Source of the DNA: Myxococcales bacterium
GTDB taxonomy: Bacteria; Myxococcota_A; UBA9042; JABWCM01; BTVJ01
Length of the DNA stretch: 64,000 nucleotides
Assembly (NCBI GenBank): GCA_045863395.1
Contig: BTVJ01000017.1
Location: 32,001 to 96,000 of the forward strand
Direction of reading: 5' to 3'
Position numbers and translations under genes: made by a program. The notes under the pieces were generated by a model. It was not told the origin of the DNA. It saw only the letters and a program-made list of their open reading frames with translations, and did not search any database. Shown piece after piece: positions 1-8,625 of the stretch (position 1 is its first letter; the number at the start of each line of letters is the position of its first letter).

Positions 1-1
1 C

Positions 2-3000
2 GGAGCGGCCGACGACTGCCGTCCGGCCGCGCCGGACCTGGACGGCGATGGCGTGAATGACGAGCGGGACACCTGCCCGACCGTGTTCGATCCGGGACAG
101 GCGGACACCGACGGGGACGGGGTCGGCGACGCGTGTGACGGCGACTCCGACGGCGACGGGACGCCCGACGCGGAGGACCCCTGCCCGTTCACCCCAGGCG
201 GGAGCGGTGCGGACCTGGACGGCGACGGCACACCGGACGCCTGTGACCTGGATATCGACGGTGATGGGGCCTTCAACGCCCAGGACGGTTGCCCCTACCA
301 GGCGGGCGGCCCTGCCGGCTGCGGCGGAGACTGGGATGGAGACGGCGTCCCCGACGCGGTCGACGTCTGCCCCAAGGTCCCGAATCCAGACCAGGCGGAC
401 CTGGACGGCGATGGGGAGGGAGACGCCTGCGACGCGGACCGCGACGGAGACGGCGTGCCCGATACGCTGGACACCTGCCCGGCCCTCGCGGGCGTCCCGC
501 AGACGGACACGGACGGCGACGGGCTCGGCGACGCCTGCGACCCCGACGACGACGGGGACGGCGTGGGGGACGCGGTGGATCCGTGCCCGCTCGTGCCAGA
601 CGCGGGGGGCGCCGACACGGATCTCGACGGCATCGGCGACGCCTGTGACCCGGATGACGACCAGGATGGGGTGCCGGACGACGTGGACAACTGCCCCCTC
701 GTGTACAACCCGTCGCAGTCGGACATCGACGGGGACGGCCTCGGGAACCCCTGTGACGACGACGACGACAACGACGGGATCCCGGACCTGCTCGACGACT
801 GCCCGGGGGTGGCGGACCCGCTCCAGGCCGACGAGGACCGGGACGGGGTCGGCGACGCCTGCGAGTGCGCCTCGATTGCAGACTGCACCGACGAGAGCGC
901 CTGCACCGCCGACGCCTGCACAGAGGTCGATGGCTGCACGCACGCCGAGGACGCGTGCTTCGACGGGGACCCCTGCACGGTGGACTCCTGTGATCCGGCG
1001 AGCGGCTGCGTCCACGTCCCGGTCCCCAACTGCAGCGGCTGCGCCACGTCCGCGGACTGCGACGACAAGGACGCCTGCAATGGCCAGGAGCTGTGCGTGG
1101 CGGGCGCCTGCCTGCCCGGGACGCCCGTGGTCTGCGACGACGACGACCCCTGCAACGGTACGGAGTCCTGCACCGAGGGGCTCTGCGCCCCCGGCGCGTC
1201 GGTCGCGTGCGACGACGGCGACCCCTGCAATGGCGAGGAGGTCTGCACGGGCGGCGACTGCACCTCCGGGGCGCCGCTGCCCTGCGAAGACGGCGACGTG
1301 TGCACCACCGACGCCTGCGCCGCCGGAGTCGGGTGCACCCACGCGGCGACCCCCTGCGACGACGGCGACCCGTGCACCGGCGACACCTGCTCCCAGGACG
1401 GCGGGTGCGTCCACGAGCCCTACCCCGACTGCGGCACGTGCACGGAGGACGCGGACTGCGACGACGGCGACCCGTGCAGCGGCGCCGAGAGCTGCGTGGA
1501 CGGCCTGTGCCTGTACGGCGCCTTCGTCCAGTGCGACGACGGCGACCCCTGCAACGGCGTCGAGTCCTGCACGGCGGGCGACTGCGTCTCGGGCGCGGCG
1601 CCATCCTGCGGAGACGGCGACCCGTGCACCCTCGACCTCTGCATCGCACCCTTCGGCTGCGTGAACGAGGCCGTCCTCGGCTGCGCCGGCTGCGTCGACG
1701 ACGCAGGCTGCGACGACGGCGACCTGTGCAACGGCGCAGAGGCGTGCGTCGCCGGCGGGTGCGTGCCTGGGGCGCCGGTGGACTGCGACGACGGCGACGC
1801 CTGCAACGGCGCCGAGTCATGCTCGGACGGCGTCTGCGTGGCGGGCGATCCCCTGCCCTGCAACGACGGCGATGCGTGCAACGGCGTGGAGACCTGCGAC
1901 GGAGGCACCTGCGTGCCCGGGGAGCCCCTCGACTGCGACGACGGCGACGCCTGCAACGGCACCGAGACGTGTGGCCCCGGCGGCTGCGTGGCGGGAGTCC
2001 CGGTGGCCTGCGGCGACGGCAACCCGTGCAACGGCGCTGAGACCTGTGTCGGTGGCGCCTGTGCTCCGGGGACCCCGCTCGTCTGCAACGACGGCGACCC
2101 GTGCAACGGTGTCGAGAGCTGCGGCCCGGGCGGGTGCGTGCCGGGAACGCATCTCGAGTGCGACGACGGCAACCCCTGCACCGACGACGCCTGTCGCATC
2201 CCCGTGGGCTGCGATTACACGCTGGTCGCCAACTGCACCCCTCCCTGCGCCAGCAATGCGAGCTGCGAAGACGGCAACGCCTGCAACGGCACGGAGACGT
2301 GCGCTGGAGGAGTCTGCCTGCCCGGGACGCCGGTCCTCTGCGACGACGGCGACTCATGCAACGGCACGGAGACGTGCGCTGGAGGAGTCTGCCTGCCCGG
2401 GACGCCGGTCCTCTGCGACGACGGCGACGCATGCAACGGCATGGAGACCTGCGCCGCCGGAGTCTGTCTGCCCGGAACGTCGATCCCATGTTTCGACGGC
2501 GACGCCTGCAACGGCGTGGAGACATGCGTCAGCGGGGTCTGCCTCCCCGGAACACCGGTCTCCTGCGACGACGGCGACGCCTGCAACGGCGCCGAGACAT
2601 GCATGGGTGGAGACTGCCTCCCCGGAACGTCGGTCTCCTGCGACGACGGCGACGCATGCACGGCGGACGCGTGTCTGGCCGAGAGCGGCTGCGTCCACGC
2701 ACCCATCCCCGATTGCGGCGCCTGCGTCGTGGACGGCGCGTGCGAAGGGGTCGAGGACTGTGCGAGCTGCCCGGACGACTGCGGCCCGTGCGCGTCTTGC
2801 CCCGGGGGCGGCGGCGACTGCTTCAACGAGAACGCCACGCCGGGCTGCGACGACGTGCCGTGCTGCGAGGCCGTTTGCGCCGCCGACCCCTTCTGCTGCG
2901 AAGCAGCGTGGGACCCTCCCTGCGCGGACGCGGCCGGCTCCCTCTGCGGCGGCCCACTCTGCGGCGACCAGGCGTGCGACCCGGGCGAGACCTGCGCGAG

Positions 3001-3739
3001 CTGCCCCGGCGACTGCGGCGGCTGCCCCGCGTGTCCCGGCGACGGCGACTGCTTCGCGCCGAACGGTACCCAGGGCTGCGACGACCCCCTCTGCTGCGAG
3101 GCCGTCTGCGCCACCGACCCCTTCTGCTGCGACGCGGCCTGGGACGGGCTGTGCGCCGACGAGGCGACGTCCCTGTGCGCCGGTCCCCCCGGCTGCGACG
3201 CGGGCTCCTGCGACGACGCCAATCCCTGCACCATCGACGTGTGCGACCCCGAGCTCATGGAGTGCCTGCACTCGCCCGCAGATGGCGCGGCGTGCGCCGA
3301 GATGGCCGAGTGCTGGGCGGGGCAGTGCTACTCACTCCTGGGAGACACCACTGCAAATCCGATCATCCTGCCACCGCCGCTGCCCGTCGGGGTCCTCATC
3401 CACATGGAGGCGCTGCACGACGACTACGCTGTCGACTGCTCTGGCTTCCCCGCGCTGGGCGACAGCACCCCGGACGCCATCGTCGAGCTGATTGCGCCGG
3501 CGGACGGGGACGTGGCCGTGACCATGACGTCTCCCCAGAACGCTGCACTGGCGATTCTGGAGGCGGACGGACCAGACCCCGGGACCTGCGTCGAAGCCGC
3601 CGTCCTGGCGGGCCCCGATACTGACACTGTACTGGTGGTCTCCGTCCAGGCGGGCGAGACGCTCCGCGTCCTCGTCGAGAACCTGGACGGCCCCGGAGGC
3701 ACCGCGACGGTCATCCTGGAGTCACTCGGTCCGTTCTGA
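2..3739 (+). CDS. Large Cys-rich extracellular protein (5'-truncated): thrombospondin type-3 Ca-binding repeats, many CDDGDxCNGxExC / CDDGDPCTxDxC repeats, two CC-x-VC-x-DPFCC-x-WD modules, C-terminal beta-domain
   Basis: Frame is open from position 2 (GAADDCRPAAPDLDGDGV...). DxDGDGVGDACD and DNCPxxxNPxQxD TSP3 motifs run to ~870, then 25-aa Cys repeats; stop TGA at 3737-3739. Confidence 0.85.
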   Translation, partial: GAADDCRPAAPDLDGDGVNDERDTCPTVFDPGQADTDGDGVGDACDGDSDGDGTPDAEDPCPFTPGGSGADLDGDGTPDACDLDIDGDGAFNAQDGCPYQAGGPAGCGGDWDGDGVPDAVDVCPKVPNPDQADLDGDGEGDACDADRDGDGVPDTLDTCPALAGVPQTDTDGDGLGDACDPDDDGDGVGDAVDPCPLVPDAGGADTDLDGIGDACDPDDDQDGVPDDVDNCPLVYNPSQSDIDGDGLGNPCDDDDDNDGIPDLLDDCPGVADPLQADEDRDGVGDACECASIADCTDESACTADACTEVDGCTHAEDACFDGDPCTVDSCDPASGCVHVPVPNCSGCATSADCDDKDACNGQELCVAGACLPGTPVVCDDDDPCNGTESCTEGLCAPGASVACDDGDPCNGEEVCTGGDCTSGAPLPCEDGDVCTTDACAAGVGCTHAATPCDDGDPCTGDTCSQDGGCVHEPYPDCGTCTEDADCDDGDPCSGAESCVDGLCLYGAFVQCDDGDPCNGVESCTAGDCVSGAAPSCGDGDPCTLDLCIAPFGCVNEAVLGCAGCVDDAGCDDGDLCNGAEACVAGGCVPGAPVDCDDGDACNGAESCSDGVCVAGDPLPCNDGDACNGVETCDGGTCVPGEPLDCDDGDACNGTETCGPGGCVAGVPVACGDGNPCNGAETCVGGACAPGTPLVCNDGDPCNGVESCGPGGCVPGTHLECDDGNPCTDDACRIPVGCDYTLVANCTPPCASNASCEDGNACNGTETCAGGVCLPGTPVLCDDGDSCNGTETCAGGVCLPGTPVLCDDGDACNGMETCAAGVCLPGTSIPCFDGDACNGVETCVSGVCLPGTPVSCDDGDACNGAETCMGGDCLPGTSVSCDDGDACTADACLAESGCVHAPIPDCGACVVDGACEGVEDCASCPDDCGPCASCPGGGGDCFNENATPGCDDVPCCEAVCAADPFCCEAAWDPPCADAAGSLCGGPLCGDQACDPGETCASCPGDCGGCPACPGDGDCFAPNGTQGCDDPLCCEAVCATDPFCCDAAWDGLCADEATSLCAGPPGCDAGSCDDANPCTIDVCDPELMECLHSPADGAACAEMAECWAGQCYSLLGDTTANPIILPPPLPVGVLIHMEALHDDYAVDCSGFPALGDSTPDAIVELIAPADGDVAVTMTSPQNAALAILEADGPDPGTCVEAAVLAGPDTDTVLVVSVQAGETLRVLVENLDGPGGTATVILESLGPF
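2264..2638 (+). repeat. Five near-identical 75-bp intragenic tandem repeats (25-aa CDDGDACNGxETCxGGVCLPGTxVx unit)
   Basis: Units begin at 2264, 2339, 2414, 2489 and 2564. Confidence 0.85.
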
Positions 3740-3822
3740 GCTACCACGGTTCGGTCTGAGTCCGCGACTCCCTCATGGAGACCGACGCCCCGCTGGTGCT
3801 GACGCGGCCGAGCCAGAGACTC

Positions 3823-6033
3823 TCAGTTGGCGGGGATCGACACGACCATCAGGCTGCGGACCGCGTTGCTGTTCAACAGGCATGAGCCGGCGCCGCAGGT
3901 GTGCTCCAGGCGAATCTCGTACGATCCCGGGTCCAGCGTCTCCTCGAAGAAGTTGGTGGAGGCCTGGTGCCATTGCCCGGGGCCGCCCATGTAGATGGTG
4001 CTCTCCGAAGGAGCGCCGCCGTTGATGCGGTAACGGTAGTAGCCGTGGCAGCCGTCCGCGGTGCAGTAGCCGCCTCCGGTGAGGCCGATGGCCACCTTGC
4101 TGCGGGTCGCAAGCGTGAAGGACATCGGGTTGTTGATGTCGGTCCAGCTCCCGGGCTGCGCCCCTTGGGACTCCAGGAATCGCGCAGAGAACACCCGGTA
4201 CGAGTCCGAGCCCTTGGGCACGGCGACCACCATGAATCCCCGCTCTCCGTTGGAGTTGAGGTTGCACGTGCCCCCACCGCACGCGTGCTGAAGCGTCAGA
4301 GTGTGGGAGCCCGGCTGCAGGGTCTCCTTCATGAACGCGGTGCTCGACTGGTGCCACTGGCCCGGGCCGCCCATGTAGATCACCGAGTCCGACGTCTTGG
4401 AGCCGTCCAGCAGGTAGCGGTGGTAGCCGTGACAACCGTCCGACGAGCAGTTGCCTCCCGACGACATCGCGATGAGCACGTCGCTCTCCACCGCCAGGTC
4501 GAAGGTGAGCGAGTTGGACAGGGTGGTCCAGGAGCTCGAGAGCGAAGAGTAGCTGTCGTCGAACGCGGCCCCGAACACACGGACCTGCGGGTCTGACGGG
4601 GGCACGGCCATCACGAAGAAGGACCGCTCGCCGTTGCTGTTCATGTTGCACGTCCCGTTGCCGCAGTAGTGCTGCATCTTCAGGGTGTGCGAGCCCGCCC
4701 CGACGCTCGGGTGAAGGACGAAGTTGGTGGACGCCTGATGCCACTGGCCCGGACCGCCCATGTAGAGCACCGCAGGACCCGGTGAGGAGTCGAGCATCCC
4801 CTGGCTGTAGCCGTGGCAGCCGTCCTGGCTGCAGTAGCCGCCCATGGTCATGGCGACGAGCACGCGGGAGGTGGAGTCCAGCGAGAAGGTCGTGGAGTTG
4901 CCCGGCAGGTCGATCCACGACTGGGGGAGCCCGTTGTGGTCCGAGTTGTAGCGGACCGCCCAGACGCGGGCCTTGACGTCCACGACCTGCGGCCCCGCGG
5001 CGTTGACGCCCGCAGAGAACAAGGTGCCGTTGGTCGCCCACGCCCGGTAGTAGTAGGTGCCGTTGGGCAGCCCTCCGTCCGTCAGGGTCGCCGCCGTGGT
5101 GGTCCCCACCACCGTCCCGTCGCTCGGAGAGAGAGGATACCCAGTGGACTTGCGCACAATCCGCGTGTAGGTGGCGGCGCTCGACGCCGACTTGGTCCAG
5201 GCGAGCAGGACATCGGCGCCGCTGAGGGTCGCCGTGAAGTTGGTGACCGGATGGAACTGCACCGTCTCGTCCAGCGGTGCCGCGTCCTCGCCGTCCAGCA
5301 CACCGTCGTCGTCGGCGTCCGGGTCCAGCGCGTTGCTCGCACCATCACCGTCGTAGTCGCCCAGAGGCTCGTCGCTGTTGGCGAGGCCGTCACTGTCCAG
5401 GTCCACGAGGGGCGACGAGAGCATCTCCACGAGGAGCCCCGCCTGCCCCTCGCTCATGCCGCTGATGGGGCTCCCGCCGGGACCGACGAAGGCATCGGCG
5501 CGAACGGTCCCCGCCACGTCCAGCGCCACCTGCGGGGTCTTGCCGATGCCGACCTTGCCGCCCACCTGGACGTCGCCGAGGGTGGTCGTGCCCCCCAAGC
5601 TCAGGTTCGCCGCCAGGTCGCCGCTGCCCACGCAGCCCGAGCACGCCAGGTCCAGCGCCGTCACCGCCGCGTCCGCCCGCAGCGCCTGGACGGCGTAGGG
5701 CACGACCCCGAGCTTGGCGCGCGGGAGCGGGCTCTCGGTTCCCACCTTCCCCTCGATCCACACGTCGGCGGCACCGACGAAGAGGGACGCCGGCGGCTGG
5801 AGCTGCGCCTCGAAGACGCCGCCCGTGGCCGTCACGGTGATCGGAGACGCGGTCGCCCACAGCAGGTTGCCCCCCGAGGCCGCATCATAGGCCGCGAAGG
5901 TCATGGAGAAGGTCCCGTCCACGGGCACCCCCGACGAGGCGAGGAGCGTCCCCTGGAAGGGCACGGAACCCGGCACGCCCGCGGCGTGGGCGGTGCCCGC
6001 GGCAAGCAACAAGACCAGCAGCAGTCTCTTCAT
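3823..6033 (-). CDS. Secreted fibre/adhesin-like protein: conserved QGTL N-domain, CSGCV and GKVGIG fibre motifs, DxDxDG Ca loops, Fn3-like domain, three tandem ~128-aa Cys/His-containing C-terminal domains (736 aa)
   Basis: GGAG RBS and ATG at 6033; signal peptide MKRLLLVLLLAAGTAHA; motif YMGGPGQWHQxST occurs three times. Confidence 0.8.
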   Translation of the reverse strand: MKRLLLVLLLAAGTAHAAGVPGSVPFQGTLLASSGVPVDGTFSMTFAAYDAASGGNLLWATASPITVTATGGVFEAQLQPPASLFVGAADVWIEGKVGTESPLPRAKLGVVPYAVQALRADAAVTALDLACSGCVGSGDLAANLSLGGTTTLGDVQVGGKVGIGKTPQVALDVAGTVRADAFVGPGGSPISGMSEGQAGLLVEMLSSPLVDLDSDGLANSDEPLGDYDGDGASNALDPDADDDGVLDGEDAAPLDETVQFHPVTNFTATLSGADVLLAWTKSASSAATYTRIVRKSTGYPLSPSDGTVVGTTTAATLTDGGLPNGTYYYRAWATNGTLFSAGVNAAGPQVVDVKARVWAVRYNSDHNGLPQSWIDLPGNSTTFSLDSTSRVLVAMTMGGYCSQDGCHGYSQGMLDSSPGPAVLYMGGPGQWHQASTNFVLHPSVGAGSHTLKMQHYCGNGTCNMNSNGERSFFVMAVPPSDPQVRVFGAAFDDSYSSLSSSWTTLSNSLTFDLAVESDVLIAMSSGGNCSSDGCHGYHRYLLDGSKTSDSVIYMGGPGQWHQSSTAFMKETLQPGSHTLTLQHACGGGTCNLNSNGERGFMVVAVPKGSDSYRVFSARFLESQGAQPGSWTDINNPMSFTLATRSKVAIGLTGGGYCTADGCHGYYRYRINGGAPSESTIYMGGPGQWHQASTNFFEETLDPGSYEIRLEHTCGAGSCLLNSNAVRSLMVVSIPAN

Positions 6034-6070
6034 GGCTCCACTCCCGAGGGGCCCCTCCGAGGGGCGCGCA

Positions 6071-8614
6071 TCACGGCTCGCAGGCCGGCGCCAGCCCATG
6101 CTGGCACGCGGCGGTCCCGGGATCGCACCAGTCGAGCGTGCACGCGACCCCGTCGTCACATTGGATGGGCAGATGATGGCACGACTGCGCCCCATCGCAC
6201 CAGTCCACCGTGCAGCCATCCCCGTCGTCGCACAGGCTCCCGCCCGCGCACTGGCCTATGATCACGTCGCAGGTCCAGGAGTGGCAGGGCTCGTCCGTCG
6301 CGCAGTCCACGTCCGATTCGCACTCGTCCACCATCAGGTCGCAGTCGTCGTCCCGGCCGTTGGGCACCTCCGGCGGGCCGCTCCCCGGGGGGGCCGCATC
6401 GAAGACGCAGGCGCCCCCGACGCAGGAGTCGAGGGTGCAGGGGTTGCCGTCGTCGCAGGCAAGCGGGATCGACGCGCAGGCGCCGGTGCCCGGGTCGCAG
6501 ACATCTGGAGCGCACGGCTCTTCCCCGGGCGGGCAGCCCAGCGGCGCGTTGAGGCACCCGCCCAACTCCAGGAAGCACGCATCGACGGTGCAAGGGTCGC
6601 CGTCGTCGCAGCTCCGGGGAACATACGCGCAACCGCCCTCGCACACCGGGACCGTGCAGGGCCCCGCGTCGTTGCAGTCGCTCGTGTGGGCGCAGATGCC
6701 CCCATTGCAGAGGTCGTCGGTGCAGGAGTCTCCGTCGTCACAGGTCGGCAGATGCGTACACGCCCCCGCCGCGCAGCCGTCGGTCGTACACAGATCGCCG
6801 TCGTCGCAGGCGAGCGGCCCCGACTCGCAGACTCCGGCGGGCCCGCAGCCATCCGTGGTGCACGGGTCACCGTCGTCGCAGGGGTCGCCCGGCGCGCAGG
6901 CGACGCACGCGCCCGGATCGTGGAGGCAGCCTCCGGTCCCGGGATCACACCCGTCGGCCGTGCAGCCGATGCCGTCGGTGCAGTCCGTGTGAGGCGTGAA
7001 CACGCACCCGAGCAGCGCGTGGCAGGAGTCGGTCGTGCAGGCGTCGCCATCGGAGCAGAACACGGGGATGAAGACGCACTCCGGCGCGCACAGGTCCTCG
7101 GTGCAGGCGTCCCCGTCGTCGCAGTCGCTCAGGTGGATACAGCCGGCGGTCCAGGAGCAGAGGTCCTCGGTGCAGGCGAGGCCGTCCTCGCAGTCGACCT
7201 GCTCCTGGAGGCAGCCGAGCACGGCGTGGCAGGCAGCGACCGTGCACGGGTCGCCGTCCTCGCAGTCCGTGGGCCCAAACGCGCACCCTGCTCCCGCGAC
7301 ACACCAGCCATCGGTGCAGGCGTCCAGGTCGTCGCACGCGGCCGGCGGGTGCTCGCAGGCTCCCGTCGCCGGGTCGCACCAGTCATCGGTGCACACGTCG
7401 CCGTCCGCGCAGCCCGCCGCCACGTGCGTACACCCCTTGGCGGGGTTGCAGCCATCGACCGTGCAGGCGTCCCCATCGTCGCACCCCGTCGGGGCAGACG
7501 CGCAGCCCAGCGCGCCACACCAGTCGTCTGTGCAGGCGTCGCCGTCCGAGCAGTCCTTGTCGCCCGAGAAGCAGACGCCCCCCGAGCACCCGGACGTCGA
7601 GCAGGGATCCCCATCGTCGCAGTCGAGAGGAACGTGGAGGCACCCACCGCCGGGGTCGCACGAGTCCACCGTGCACGCATCGCCGTCCTCACACCACGCG
7701 GGCAGGTGCAGACACTTGAGGGACAGGCCATCGCAGGCGTCGTCCGTGCAGGCGTCCCCGTCCTCGCAGTCCGCGGGCACGAGGCAGGGGCCGCAGTCCG
7801 GCAGCGGTGTGAAGGCGCACCCGACACCGGCGAGGCAGGCGTCCAGGGTGCAGGCGTCACCATCGGCGCAGGAGCTCGGCGCGGTGATGCAGGCTCCACC
7901 AGCGCAACCATCCGTGGTGCACGGGTCCCCGTCGTCGCACGGGAGCGCCGCGTGCACGCAGCCGCCGTCGCACGCGTCGGCGGTGCACGCGTCACCATCG
8001 TCGCAGCTCTTGGCGACATGCACGCAGCCGCCATCGCACGCGTCGTCCGTGCATGGGTCGCCATCGTTACAGCCCAGGAGGGTAGCGTGGCAGAGCCCCC
8101 CTCCGCAGGAGTCGGCAGTGCAGGGATCGCCGTCGTCGCACGGAACGGGGGCGTGGACGCAGCTCCCGCCCTGGCAGAGGTCCGAGGTGCAGGGGTCGCC
8201 GTCGTCGCAGTCTCCGTCGCAGGGGCCTGCATCGGGTCCACCGACGTCGTCGCCACTGGAGTCGCCACCGGAGTCGCCACCGGAGTCGCCGCCGGAGTCG
8301 CTGCCGGAGTCGCCACCGGAGTCGCCGCCGGAGTCGCCGCCGGAGTCGCTGCCGGAGTCGCTGCCGGAGTCGCCCGCGTCCCACCTCGAAGGTCCGCCCG
8401 AGTCGCCCGCGTCCGCCTCCTCCCCCGCGTCCGAGCCATCGACCGCCCCGGCGTCGAGCACGTCCCCAGCGGCCGCGTCGCCTCCGTCCGTCGCCGGCGC
8501 CGCATCCTCGGCCACGGCATCCACGACCGGCGGCGGGGCCACCTCAGTCCCGACACATCCCAGGCTCGCGAGGGCGAAGAGACTCCAGATCGTGCCCAAT
8601 CCACGTGCGATCAA
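6071..8614 (-). CDS. Cys-rich lipoprotein with Asp/Gly/Ser linker and >20 CDDGDPCTxDxC (Dictyostelium CTDC-like) repeats
   Basis: TTG start at 8614, just after the upstream stop, gives MIARGLGTIWSLFALASLG-C lipobox. The longer N-terminus in the ORF track overlaps the upstream gene. Confidence 0.75.
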   Translation of the reverse strand: MIARGLGTIWSLFALASLGCVGTEVAPPPVVDAVAEDAAPATDGGDAAAGDVLDAGAVDGSDAGEEADAGDSGGPSRWDAGDSGSDSGSDSGGDSGGDSGGDSGSDSGGDSGGDSGGDSSGDDVGGPDAGPCDGDCDDGDPCTSDLCQGGSCVHAPVPCDDGDPCTADSCGGGLCHATLLGCNDGDPCTDDACDGGCVHVAKSCDDGDACTADACDGGCVHAALPCDDGDPCTTDGCAGGACITAPSSCADGDACTLDACLAGVGCAFTPLPDCGPCLVPADCEDGDACTDDACDGLSLKCLHLPAWCEDGDACTVDSCDPGGGCLHVPLDCDDGDPCSTSGCSGGVCFSGDKDCSDGDACTDDWCGALGCASAPTGCDDGDACTVDGCNPAKGCTHVAAGCADGDVCTDDWCDPATGACEHPPAACDDLDACTDGWCVAGAGCAFGPTDCEDGDPCTVAACHAVLGCLQEQVDCEDGLACTEDLCSWTAGCIHLSDCDDGDACTEDLCAPECVFIPVFCSDGDACTTDSCHALLGCVFTPHTDCTDGIGCTADGCDPGTGGCLHDPGACVACAPGDPCDDGDPCTTDGCGPAGVCESGPLACDDGDLCTTDGCAAGACTHLPTCDDGDSCTDDLCNGGICAHTSDCNDAGPCTVPVCEGGCAYVPRSCDDGDPCTVDACFLELGGCLNAPLGCPPGEEPCAPDVCDPGTGACASIPLACDDGNPCTLDSCVGGACVFDAAPPGSGPPEVPNGRDDDCDLMVDECESDVDCATDEPCHSWTCDVIIGQCAGGSLCDDGDGCTVDWCDGAQSCHHLPIQCDDGVACTLDWCDPGTAACQHGLAPACEP
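8249..8368 (-). repeat. Ten 12-bp tandem repeats (GTCGCYRCYGGA on +) encoding a (G/S)DSG linker
   Basis: Directly visible tandem array. Confidence 0.85.
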
Positions 8615-8625
8615 AGCGCCCCCAC

